Source: an uncultured Planctomycetaceae bacterium (GTDB lineage: Bacteria > Planctomycetota > Planctomycetia > Isosphaerales > Isosphaeraceae). Taken from it: DNA of 64,000 nucleotides. The notes under the pieces are model-generated. The model saw nothing but the letters and a program-made list of their open reading frames with translations, was not told the DNA's origin and did no database searches. The position numbers and the translations under genes were made by a program. Shown piece after piece: positions 22,750-31,906 of the stretch; positions within the stretch are counted from its first letter, which is position 1, and every line of letters starts with the position of its first letter. The stretch is taken from NCBI GenBank assembly GCA_963833985.1, contig CAWIAD010000002.1:2368001-2432000 (forward strand), read 5' to 3'.

Positions 22750-23925
22750 GTGAGCTCCTGGGCCACCCTCGTGCTTTGCGCCGGTCTGTCGGGGTGTGCC
22801 ACCATGCGGCAGAACGCCCCGTCGCCCGATCTTCGTCCGTGCACGGACGGCTACGCATACACGACCGACGGCTGGCGGCTCGGCGTCCGCCATTATCGGC
22901 CGGCCCAGCCGGACCCGGGCAAGCTGCCGGTGATTCTGTGTCACGGACTCGGCTTGAACGCGACCTTCTGGACGATCACGGACAACCATCTCCCTGCCCA
23001 GCTCTGTGCCCGTGGCTATGACGTGTACGTGTTCGACATCCGAGGCTCGGGAGAGAATGGCCGCCCGGGGAAGGATGACCGGCTCAACCAGGTCCTGCGA
23101 CAGACGCCCTTCCGCGAGCACGGCGAGTCGTCCTGGACGGTGGACGACCTGGTGCGCTACGACGTGCCGGCGATCCTGGAATACGTCATTCGTGATAGCG
23201 GCCAGAGCCGGGTGAACTGGGTGGGGCATAGCCTGGGCGGCATGATGATCTTCCCCTTCCTGGAGCTCAGTCCAGGGCCCGAGCGGATCGCGAATTTCGT
23301 GGGCATGGGGTCCACGATCATCCAGGCCAGGACACCCCAGCGCAGCATGTTCTACGCGAACGTCGGCATCCACTCGCTGCTGCGTGTGGCCAGTGCAGGG
23401 CGGCTGGGCCGGCCGCTCACCTATTTCCGGATGCCCGGCATGGGGACCATCGACGGCTTTTACTACACGGCCGAGAACGTCGACCGCCGGACGATCTCCC
23501 GGTTCTACGGCTACACCCTCGAAGATCCCGGCCCCGGGGCACTGCGGCAATTCGCACCCTATCTCAGGACGGGGCATCTGCTCTCCGCCGACCGGAGGGT
23601 TGACTATTCGGCCCGGCTGGGAGAGGTGGCCGTACCCACGCTCATGGTGGCCGGTGCCAGCGACCTGATCTCCGACGTCCCCTCCACGCGCATGACGTTC
23701 GAGGCGATCGGCAGCCGCGACAAGACCCTTTGCGTCTTCAGCAAGGCCAACGGTCACGTCGCCGATTACGGCCACTGCGACCTGGCCTGGAGCCGGTACG
23801 CCCCGCGCGAGGTGTTCCCGGTGGTCATCGACTGGCTGGACCGCAGGCAGCCCGGGGTCGTCGCCGTCCGCAGGCAAACCGGGCCTTCACCGACTCCGCA
23901 AGAAACCGTCAACGCAGATCTGTGA
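22750..23925 (+). CDS. alpha/beta hydrolase lipoprotein (lipase/esterase-like)
   Basis: LSGC lipobox, PVILCHGLG, GHSLGG nucleophile elbow, DYGHCDL catalytic His region. Confidence 0.88.
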   Translation: MSSWATLVLCAGLSGCATMRQNAPSPDLRPCTDGYAYTTDGWRLGVRHYRPAQPDPGKLPVILCHGLGLNATFWTITDNHLPAQLCARGYDVYVFDIRGSGENGRPGKDDRLNQVLRQTPFREHGESSWTVDDLVRYDVPAILEYVIRDSGQSRVNWVGHSLGGMMIFPFLELSPGPERIANFVGMGSTIIQARTPQRSMFYANVGIHSLLRVASAGRLGRPLTYFRMPGMGTIDGFYYTAENVDRRTISRFYGYTLEDPGPGALRQFAPYLRTGHLLSADRRVDYSARLGEVAVPTLMVAGASDLISDVPSTRMTFEAIGSRDKTLCVFSKANGHVADYGHCDLAWSRYAPREVFPVVIDWLDRRQPGVVAVRRQTGPSPTPQETVNADL

Positions 23926-24498
23926 CCACGTCTCGAATTCGCTTTTGCGAGTTTCCAGGGCCGCGATGGGAAGGAATTCCGGATCGGCCAGTCCCTCCTC
24001 GCGTGGCGTGACCTCGGGCCTTTGCAGCTCGCAGACGTGCACCACGCCCAGGTGCACAGACCCGACAGGAGTGGAATCGTCATTGATCAGGCCCACGAGC
24101 CGCATGGGTCCGGGGCTGGCGATATGGACCTCCTCGTCGAGTTCGCGGCGCATGGCCTTCTCGTAGGCCTCGAAGCTCCGCTGGCCCTCGGCATCCGACT
24201 CCGCGACATGGCCCCCCACGCCCAGGGACCGCAGCCGATGGAGCCGGGCCTCACCCTGCGACGCGCCCCGGGTGTAGCAGAACACGGCGTCGCCGCACCG
24301 CAGCACCACGTAGGGGATGATCTGCTTCCAGCAGGGGTCCTCCTCCACCTGGAACCGGGGCCGGTACTCCATCAGCTCAGGAACCAGCAGCGCGGTCAGG
24401 TAGCGCTGGGCGTCGCCGTGGTAGCCCTGAAATCGTCCAAGGCGGTCGAGCGCGGAACCGGGAACAACAAGCACTCGCTCGCGGGAAGGTTGGCTCAC
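23887..24498 (-). CDS. NUDIX-fold phosphoesterase
   Basis: KQIIPY, SLGVGGHV, RRELDEEV, GLINDDSTPVGSVHLGVV, FETWSQI. Confidence 0.85.
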   Translation of the reverse strand: MSQPSRERVLVVPGSALDRLGRFQGYHGDAQRYLTALLVPELMEYRPRFQVEEDPCWKQIIPYVVLRCGDAVFCYTRGASQGEARLHRLRSLGVGGHVAESDAEGQRSFEAYEKAMRRELDEEVHIASPGPMRLVGLINDDSTPVGSVHLGVVHVCELQRPEVTPREEGLADPEFLPIAALETRKSEFETWSQICVDGFLRSR

Positions 24499-24877
24499 GT
24501 GAGGGCCCCGTGAAAGAGCGTGATCAAGGTCTGCCTGGTGCGGAGGTCGAGGCCGTGGTTGCTGGAGAAGTCAAGCAGCCGAGATTGTAGCGTGGCCTGG
24601 TTCCTTGCGGAATGAAGTTGTGATCTTGTCGGCCCTGGCAACGCAGGCTATTGTTCTACGGTCCCGAGAGCCAGCCGGCGGGCTCTGGCGCAGCGCCTCA
24701 TGGCCGTCTCCCGTCCCGGCCACACCGGGCCGTCGCCGTCCGGGCTCCAGCCCTGAACGTTTTTCTTGGTCGCGGGCCCGGAACCGAAGCCCGGGTCAAA
24801 GTCCCGAGCTGGAATCCATCACAGATCACCGATACCTCTCGACACGCTCAACGGATTGAAGAAAAGGAGACGGTCGC

Positions 24878-25288
24878 ATGAGCGGTCCCAGGAACTGGTT
24901 CCGAATCGCCGGATTGGTGATTCATGTTTTGATCGGTGGTCTCCTGATCATGGCCAGCATGGGCAAGCTGATCGGCACTCCACCGCCAGAGGTTCTTGAG
25001 ATGCTCCGAAAGATCGGTCTGGACGAGCAACTCCATCTCATTGGTGCAGGTGAGCTGATCACGGGTATTCTGCTCATCGTGCCCTGGACGGCCTCGCTCG
25101 GAGTGCTGCTGGCTTCGGGATTCTGGGGCGGCACGATCGCCACGCACATGGGAATGCACAGCTCTTATGCATTTCAAGCGGCCTTGCTGGCCATCACCTG
25201 GGTCGGCGCGTACCTCCGTCTTCCAGAGATGTTCAGCAGCTTCTGGTGGCGAGGCCCGGGAGCAGCGCCCGCGGTGCCGAGGGATTGA
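24878..25288 (+). CDS. DoxX family membrane protein
   Basis: AAAAGGAG RBS; four TM segments; IGAGELITGILLIVP...SGFWGGTIATH. Confidence 0.8.
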   Translation: MSGPRNWFRIAGLVIHVLIGGLLIMASMGKLIGTPPPEVLEMLRKIGLDEQLHLIGAGELITGILLIVPWTASLGVLLASGFWGGTIATHMGMHSSYAFQAALLAITWVGAYLRLPEMFSSFWWRGPGAAPAVPRD

Positions 25289-25335
25289 ACCTGGCGCGGC
25301 CGACGCGCCGGCCTTGGCGCAGCGCCGGGCCTGCG

Positions 25336-26845
25336 CTACCCCATCATCTTGCCGACCGCCTCCCGCGCGGATCATGAGCGGGCTGTCCTTGGTCTGCGTG
25401 CCCGGGAGATGGAACACGGAGGCGGCCGCGAGCGGGGCGTGCCAGCGTGTATCCGCAACGGCCATCGTCTCTTCCCAGATGGCCGCTCCATACTTGTAAT
25501 CGTGGCTGTCGGTGCCCTTGTGGAAGATCATCCGCCGGGCGGCGTCGAAGAACCGGTCCGCCGATCCACCGTGGCTCAGGAAGGCGATCGTCCTTTCCGC
25601 GGCCTGCCGCCGATCGGTCTGGATTGCCGCGAAGATCTCGCCGATCACCTCGTCTCCCGTGGCGGTCGAACCGGCACCCTCCTGGCGATCGATCTCGATC
25701 GGCCGCGCGGACTTGTTGCGATCGCGGTACAGAGGCTGCCAGCCCACGGCCTGGAGCAATGCCAGCCGGCGGGTGAGGTCGTCACCGCTCGCCTTGAAAA
25801 TGTAATGCAAGGAGTTGGATGCGGTCGTGGCGTGGAGACTGACGATCCCCGGGCTGTTCATCATCATCTCGCTGGCCGAGAGTACCACGGCGTCCCAGAG
25901 CGACTCGGGTGCGATCCCCTCGTTGAGCATCCGCGCGGCTTCGGCGGACGCCGCCTCGGGAGCGGCCTGCCGGATGGTCTGGAGCATCGACCGCGTCGCC
26001 GCCGGGTCAAGGCGGCCGGCCTGCCAGTCCTCGCGGATCTTGCGGGCATTCTCAAGGTTGGCGTCATAGGGGCCCAGCGGCCTGGGACGGTCGCCCTGAA
26101 GATCGAGCAGGCCGAAGCTGAGCGACCGCAGCACCGGCTCGGCATGCTCCCAGCCGATCGCCTGCAAGGTGCGCCAGCTCTGGGCCGCGAAGATCGGCTT
26201 GTGGCCAATGTTCCGCTGGTCGCGGACGGCCATCCGCCAGATCGGCTCCATGGCCTCGGCCGCGCCGCAGGAACGGCAGAGGCCGGTCACGGCCGTGTCG
26301 GCCGCATCGGCGTCCCAGGCTTCCATGGCCCGGGTGTATTCGGCCCGGGCGCGGTGGGGCGGAGGCACGCGCGACTCGTCCACCCGCCCCAGCGCCCAGT
26401 CGCCCTCGCGAACGTCCTGCGCCTGCGATCCTTTGAAGTTATCAAGAGCCCAGAAGAGCGGGAGCAGCCGTTCCGAGAATGCCGCGGTCTGGCCCAGCAG
26501 GTGCGCGGAGTTGATGACCATCACCGCGTGGAACTTGAAGCCGACGGGTCGCGGCTTGATGTTGCGAATGCCCGCCAGGAACAGCCCGGCCAGCAAGGCG
26601 CGGTACGACAGCCCATCCCTGAGCTCGGCCACGGCCTTCTCGAAAATGCGATCGCGCGGCGTTTCCTCGATCCACCGCACGACCGGCTCGATCTCGGGCC
26701 GGAACCGCACCAGCTCGGGTCCTACCTTCGCCTCGTTGGCCGGTGGCGTGATCGCGCCCAGGGCGTCCCACGGTCCGAGCCCGGCCCCCAGTCCCAGAGT
26801 GGTGGCCGTCTGCAAGAACCGACGGCGCGGCAGTGGATGGCTCAT
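25336..26845 (-). CDS. Tat-exported hypothetical protein with internal helical duplication (3' frameshift near 25365)
   Basis: PRRRFLQ Tat motif; His-rich motifs FKFHAVM, IGHKPIF, LHATT, DSHDYKY; shifted frame ends EAVGKMMG-TAG at 25336. Confidence 0.75.
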
Positions 26846-27147
26846 TGCGGATTCTCCCGTGGCCAGAGGTGCGCGGCTGCCGGTGCGGGACGGTCACTCG
26901 CAACCGTACCCAGGTGCCGGCCCCGCAAATGCGTGGAGATGCCTCGCAGCGTGACTGACTTGAATCTTACGCTGCCGCCTGCCACGCCGGAAGCCCCAGC
27001 AAACGGCTCAGAGCATGCAGCCATACTCCGAGAGCACTCGCCAGACCCCTGCACCTCGTCGCCGGCCCGGCCCGCTCGTCTAGGAATTCATCAGGCTATG
27101 AACTAGACTTTCCCGTTCATGCGAGAAAGTCCTGGAACCCGACATGA

Positions 27148-28140
27148 TTGGTTCCCGCCGAGGCCACGACGTCTGATGAGCGGCATTCCCGTGCCCCTGA
27201 GACCAAGACCCACTCCGCGCCGCATGTATCGCCAGGGACGCCGGGCGCTCCTCCAGGCCTGCGCCCGATGCGCAATCGGATTCCGCCTCTGGTGCCCTAT
27301 CGCAGGGGCGAAATTCATGTCGTTCGGGAGACCGCCCTGGGTGATGTGCTGCTGGCCACGCCGGCCTTGCGGCGGGTCAAGGAGTCTCAATCCCCGGTGC
27401 CGCGTCTTCTTCTACACGCACCTGACAAGCCTGGTCCGGCGCTGCCGTTCATCGATCATGTGCTGCCGGTCGACCAGGCTCCTCCGCGCAAGAGCATCTA
27501 TCTGCGCTATGAGAACCTCGTTCCGGTACGGCGGCATATCTCGGAGATCTTCGGCGAGATGCTCGGGGTCGACGTTGCGGATCACCATCCCTCATGTGCG
27601 GTGGATCAGGAGCGTTGCGAGCAGTACCGTCGCGCATGGAGCGCCTGGCCGCATCCATGGATCGTCCTGAATCGCCAGGCCGGGCCATGGACGCCCAACA
27701 AGTCCTGGCCGCAGTCCCACTGGGAGGAGCTGATCGCTAGACTCGGGCGGTGGGCGACGGTCATCGAGACCGGCACGGGCTCGTCACAAGCCGGAACGCG
27801 CGAGAATGGCCGCTATCTCGACCTGGTCGGCAAGCTGACGCTGGAAGAACTGGCAGCGGTGCTTGCCGTGGCCGACCTGCACGTCGGGCCGATCAGCGGG
27901 CCCGTTCATCTGGCGGCGGCCTTTCGTACGCCCGCCGTCATCGTCTATGGAGGGTACGAGGAACCTTCGTGCTCGTCGTACCCCGGGAATATCAACCTCT
28001 ACTCATCCGTACCCTGCGCACCGTGCTGGCTGAAGGAGATGTGCCCATTCGGGCAGCCGTGTCTGCATCAGATCACGCCCGAGCAGGTGGAAGACGCGCT
28101 GAACCGGCTGTGGCGGGCTGGTCACGCCCGTCAGGATTAA
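27148..28140 (+). CDS. glycosyltransferase family 9 (heptosyltransferase-like)
   Basis: ALGDVLLATPAL, NKSWP, DLVGKLTLEEL, ADLHVGPISGPVHLAAA, CAPC; short compensating frameshift near 27380-27440; start uncertain. Confidence 0.85.
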   Translation: MVPAEATTSDERHSRAPETKTHSAPHVSPGTPGAPPGLRPMRNRIPPLVPYRRGEIHVVRETALGDVLLATPALRRVKESQSPVPRLLLHAPDKPGPALPFIDHVLPVDQAPPRKSIYLRYENLVPVRRHISEIFGEMLGVDVADHHPSCAVDQERCEQYRRAWSAWPHPWIVLNRQAGPWTPNKSWPQSHWEELIARLGRWATVIETGTGSSQAGTRENGRYLDLVGKLTLEELAAVLAVADLHVGPISGPVHLAAAFRTPAVIVYGGYEEPSCSSYPGNINLYSSVPCAPCWLKEMCPFGQPCLHQITPEQVEDALNRLWRAGHARQD

Positions 28141-28535
28141 AAAAATCCAGGTCACCTGGCCCGGTCCAGGGATTTTGACCTATTCTTCAGAACAGCGGGG
28201 AAGTGTACTGAGCCGGGAGCCGCCGTTGACTGAATGCAACACAAGCGAGGCCAGGTCAGCATGGTCTCAGATCGCCTTGTAAGCGACGCGACCGTTCCGG
28301 TATAGTCGCAAACCGAGTTCAATAGGATCGGCTGGCGATGGACCACCGTTCGGTTCGGCCCGTGTCTCCCGATTCGGCTGTCTCCGCGGCCGCTTCTCGT
28401 GGGACGTCTGGCTTCACGCAGCAACCTGCGACTCTACCTCGTCGTTCTTCAACTAACCGGCCGGGGTCTGATACGTTTTACGATTTGACCCGGCTCTCGC
28501 CTTGAAAACTTCTCCTGATAAGACTCCTTGCCAAC

Positions 28536-29387
28536 ATGTCAGACACTGCAACGATCAGCGATTTGCCGTTTGTCCGCATCCGCGCCAGCGAGCCGGGCTC
28601 ACTCATCGACTTGCCGGAGCTCTTGCGTTTCCGGGATCTGCTCTGGACGCTGGCCGAGCGTGACCTTCGAGTCCGCTACAAACAGACGGTCCTGGGTGTG
28701 ATCTGGGTGGTGCTCCAGCCGCTCATGGCCGCGTTGATCTTCGCGTTCGTCTTCGGCTTCATTGCCGGCCTGCCGAGCGATGGCGAGCCTTACCTGATCT
28801 TTGCGTTCTCGGGGATGACGGCCTGGAGCGCTTTCTCGAACGTGCTGACGCGCATGAGCGCCTCGCTCCTGAGCAACGGTTCCATGCTTTCCAAGATCTA
28901 CTTTCCCAGGTTGGTCCTGCCGCTCTCCTCCGTGATCGCGGCCCTGGTCGACTCGTCATTCTCGCTGGGCCTGATGTTCATCTTGATGGTGATCTATCGC
29001 GTGCCTCCGGGATGGGGAATCATCTTCCTGCCGGTCTGGTTGGTGATCCTGGTGCTGCTGGCTCTCGGCCTGGGTCTGATGACGTCCTCCTGGATGGTGC
29101 GTTACAGGGACGTGGGTCATATCATCCCCGTCGTGCTCCAGCTTGGCCTGTTCATCAGCCCGGTCGCCTGGCCCATGACCAACCCCAAGCTCAGTGCCAG
29201 GTTCTTGACGATTCTCCGGCTGAATCCGATCTCCAGCCTGCTCGAGGCGTTCCGCTGGTCGCTCTTCGGCCATGGTGCTCCGCCTCTGGGTGCCCTGGTG
29301 TACGCGACCGTGGTGGCGATCGTCGTGTTCTGGGCAGGGATGATGGTCTTCAAGCAACAGGAGCGCAGCTTCGCCGATGTCATCTAA
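28536..29387 (+). CDS. wzm: polysaccharide ABC transporter permease
   Basis: RDLRVRYKQTVLGVIWVVLQPL, KIYFPR, YRDVGHIIP, LNPISSLLEAFR, FADVI. Confidence 0.93.
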   Translation: MSDTATISDLPFVRIRASEPGSLIDLPELLRFRDLLWTLAERDLRVRYKQTVLGVIWVVLQPLMAALIFAFVFGFIAGLPSDGEPYLIFAFSGMTAWSAFSNVLTRMSASLLSNGSMLSKIYFPRLVLPLSSVIAALVDSSFSLGLMFILMVIYRVPPGWGIIFLPVWLVILVLLALGLGLMTSSWMVRYRDVGHIIPVVLQLGLFISPVAWPMTNPKLSARFLTILRLNPISSLLEAFRWSLFGHGAPPLGALVYATVVAIVVFWAGMMVFKQQERSFADVI

Positions 29388-30681
29388 GCCGCTTGCCGTC
29401 TCGGTTCGAGGGTTGAGCAAGTCGTATGTGATCGCCCATAACCCGAACCGGCCGACGAACCTCAGAGAAGCGATCGTGGACCGGATCCGGCATCCGCTGG
29501 GCCATGACGGGCAAGAACATGAGATGTTCTGGGCGCTCAAGGGGCTGGATTTCGAGATCCGCCCCGGTGAGATCGTCGGCATCATCGGCCGCAACGGGGC
29601 CGGCAAGAGCACGCTCCTGAAGATTCTCTCGAGGATCACCTGGCCCACGACCGGCGAGATCGACATCCACGGCCGCGTCTCCAGCCTGCTGGAAGTGGGC
29701 ACTGGCTTTCATCCCGAGCTCACCGGGCGCGAGAACATTTTCCTGAACGGCAGCATCCTGGGGATGAGTCGCAGGGAGATCAAACAGAAGTTCGACGAGA
29801 TTGTTGATTTCGCCGGAGTCGAGAAGTTTCTCGACACACCGGTGAAGCGTTATAGCAGTGGCATGTACGTGCGGCTGGCCTTCGCGGTTGCGGCCAATCT
29901 CGAGCCGGAGATCCTCATCGTCGACGAGGTGCTGGCCGTCGGCGACGCTCAGTTCCAGCAGAAGTGCCTGGGCAAGATGCAGGACGTTTCGCGGCAATCG
30001 GGGCGAACGATTCTTTTTGTCAGCCATAACGCCAACGCCATCCTCCAGCTCTGTAACCGGGCCATCCTGCTGCAACAAGGAAAGGTCGTGATGGATGGCC
30101 CGCCCGACGAAGTCATGAAGTCTTACGTGGCCGAGCCTGACACCGGCAGCACCGTTGATCTGCGGGACCACCCCAACCGCGATCCTTCATTGACCCCCAC
30201 ATTTCAGCAACTCGTGCTCTGCGACATCGCCGATAATCCCACGGCGCTGTTCAGCCCCGGCGACACGGTGCAGTTGAAGGTTTCATTGAAGCTGAAGCAC
30301 CGTGCAGTGAAACCGATCTTCAACTGTGCCCTGCATAACTGGCGCGGCGAGCGGCTGTTCGCGGTGACAACCTATCTGGGCCAGTCCAGGATCGAGTACC
30401 TGGAAGGCGAATGTCTCATCGTGGGCCGATTCGAGTTGCCGAACCTGGTGCCTGGAAACTACAAGTTACATATCTCTTATTGCGAATCGAACGATCGCTT
30501 TGTCGACAGGATCCAGAATGTGGCAACCCTGGCCGTGGCGCCGAGCGACTACCTGGGTGTAACCCACCCCTTCTTCGCGGAGATGGGGTCGATCATGGTA
30601 CGTTCCGAATGGGAGGGGTTCAATCAGCCCGCGCTGGCATCCACGGTCAGTGACGGCAGTAATGAAGCCGGCTATGGTTGA
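29377..30681 (+). CDS. wzt: polysaccharide ABC transporter ATPase with C-terminal carbohydrate-binding domain
   Basis: GRNGAGKST, LEVGTGFHPELTGREN, YSSGMYVRLAFAVA, IVDEVLAVGD; about 180 aa Wzt_C-like extension. Confidence 0.95.
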   Translation: MSSKPLAVSVRGLSKSYVIAHNPNRPTNLREAIVDRIRHPLGHDGQEHEMFWALKGLDFEIRPGEIVGIIGRNGAGKSTLLKILSRITWPTTGEIDIHGRVSSLLEVGTGFHPELTGRENIFLNGSILGMSRREIKQKFDEIVDFAGVEKFLDTPVKRYSSGMYVRLAFAVAANLEPEILIVDEVLAVGDAQFQQKCLGKMQDVSRQSGRTILFVSHNANAILQLCNRAILLQQGKVVMDGPPDEVMKSYVAEPDTGSTVDLRDHPNRDPSLTPTFQQLVLCDIADNPTALFSPGDTVQLKVSLKLKHRAVKPIFNCALHNWRGERLFAVTTYLGQSRIEYLEGECLIVGRFELPNLVPGNYKLHISYCESNDRFVDRIQNVATLAVAPSDYLGVTHPFFAEMGSIMVRSEWEGFNQPALASTVSDGSNEAGYG

Positions 30682-30901
30682 TCCGGTCGCCTACGGCTGA
30701 CAATCCTCATCTCACAGGCGCGGTCTCGTCGAGTTGCGGCCGGACCGTTTCGCCAGGGTGGCTCGTAAGCGAGCGGCGTGGCTCACCAAGGAACAACTGG
30801 ATCAGCGCTTGTGGCGCTTGTTTCACCAGGCGCGAGACAAGTAGAGCAAACGAGAATCACGACGTTTTTCGCTCAGACTGTTGGCTCAAACCGCTCCGGG
30901 A

Positions 30902-31804
30902 ATGCCGCTCATGCAGCTCGTTGTTCTGGGGATGCACCGATCTGGCAGCTCGATGCTGACTCGTCTGATCAACCTGATGGGCGCGTACTTCGGCTCTGAG
31001 GACGCGTCGCTGGGTTTCGACGATGCCAATCCGAAAGGTTACTGGGAGCGGAAGGACGTCCTCTGGGCGAACGAAGCAATCCTGCAATGGCATGGCTGCA
31101 CATGGGACTGCGTTGCAGATTGGAACTTCGAGCAGACTCGCGACTTGCCGGCGGAAGTGCTCCACCGCATGCGGTCCATCATTCTGGGAATGGACGGGTT
31201 CCGGCCCTGGGTGATGAAGGACCCGAGGATGTGTTTGACGTTGCCTTGCTGGAGGCCGCTGCTCGAGGTGCCGGTGGCCGTGCTGTTGCACCGGGACCCG
31301 CTGGAGATCGCCAACTCCTTGAAGCGTCGAGGAACCCCCCTGGCGTACAGTCTCTCGCTCTGGGAGTACTATGCAATCGGGGCATTGAACGCGACCCGAG
31401 ATCTCCCGCGTGTTTTTGTCCGTCATGACAGATTGATCGCGCAACCGGTAGAGACCGTCGCGCGTCTGCTGAGCGACCTCGAGATGTTGGGCATGGGCGT
31501 GCGTGGGCTGAGTATGCCCTCAGAGCAGGAGATCAAGGCATTCGTTGATCCGCGCTTGAACCGGGCCAGAGCGAACGGAGATATGTGCGTGCAGCAGCTC
31601 ACGCCCTGGCACGAGGAGATTGTCGCCATGTTGAGCGGTGAGCGCGCTCAAGAACGCGTGCTCAGCGTATCTCCCGCATCCGTGGAGGCGATCGCCGAGG
31701 TGAAGGCCGCCGTGGCGGAGCCGGAGGAGGCCGAGCAGGTTCAGCCATTGAAAACCACCCTTATCGCGCGGATCACCGGCCTCCTGAGTACGAAAAGCTC
31801 TTGA
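30902..31804 (+). CDS. sulfotransferase family protein
   Basis: VVLGMHRSGSSML (PAPS-binding loop), NPKGYWE, KDPR, HRDPLEIANSL. Confidence 0.8.
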   Translation: MPLMQLVVLGMHRSGSSMLTRLINLMGAYFGSEDASLGFDDANPKGYWERKDVLWANEAILQWHGCTWDCVADWNFEQTRDLPAEVLHRMRSIILGMDGFRPWVMKDPRMCLTLPCWRPLLEVPVAVLLHRDPLEIANSLKRRGTPLAYSLSLWEYYAIGALNATRDLPRVFVRHDRLIAQPVETVARLLSDLEMLGMGVRGLSMPSEQEIKAFVDPRLNRARANGDMCVQQLTPWHEEIVAMLSGERAQERVLSVSPASVEAIAEVKAAVAEPEEAEQVQPLKTTLIARITGLLSTKSS

Positions 31805-31906
31805 GAGCCGAACTTCCTGGCAGACGCCACCAGTGCATTCCCGTAGTTTCCCCTGCTCGAACTCGCTGAATTGCCTGGCGGATCGCCGTCGAGTTCCGGA
31901 TTCCAG

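Noticed and set aside
24590..24612. sigma-54 promoter (TGGC...TTGC)
   Set aside because: GG to GC spacing is 11 rather than the required 10 nt.
24848..25335. C-terminal extension of the 665-aa ORF overlapping the DoxX gene
   Set aside because: Read-through caused by a frameshift near 25365; the extension is antisense to a well-supported gene.
28141..28535. riboswitch or ops/JUMPstart element upstream of wzm
   Set aside because: A GCAAACC string is present but not the rest of a c-di-GMP-I aptamer, and no GGCGGTAG ops core was seen. An Rfam search would settle it.
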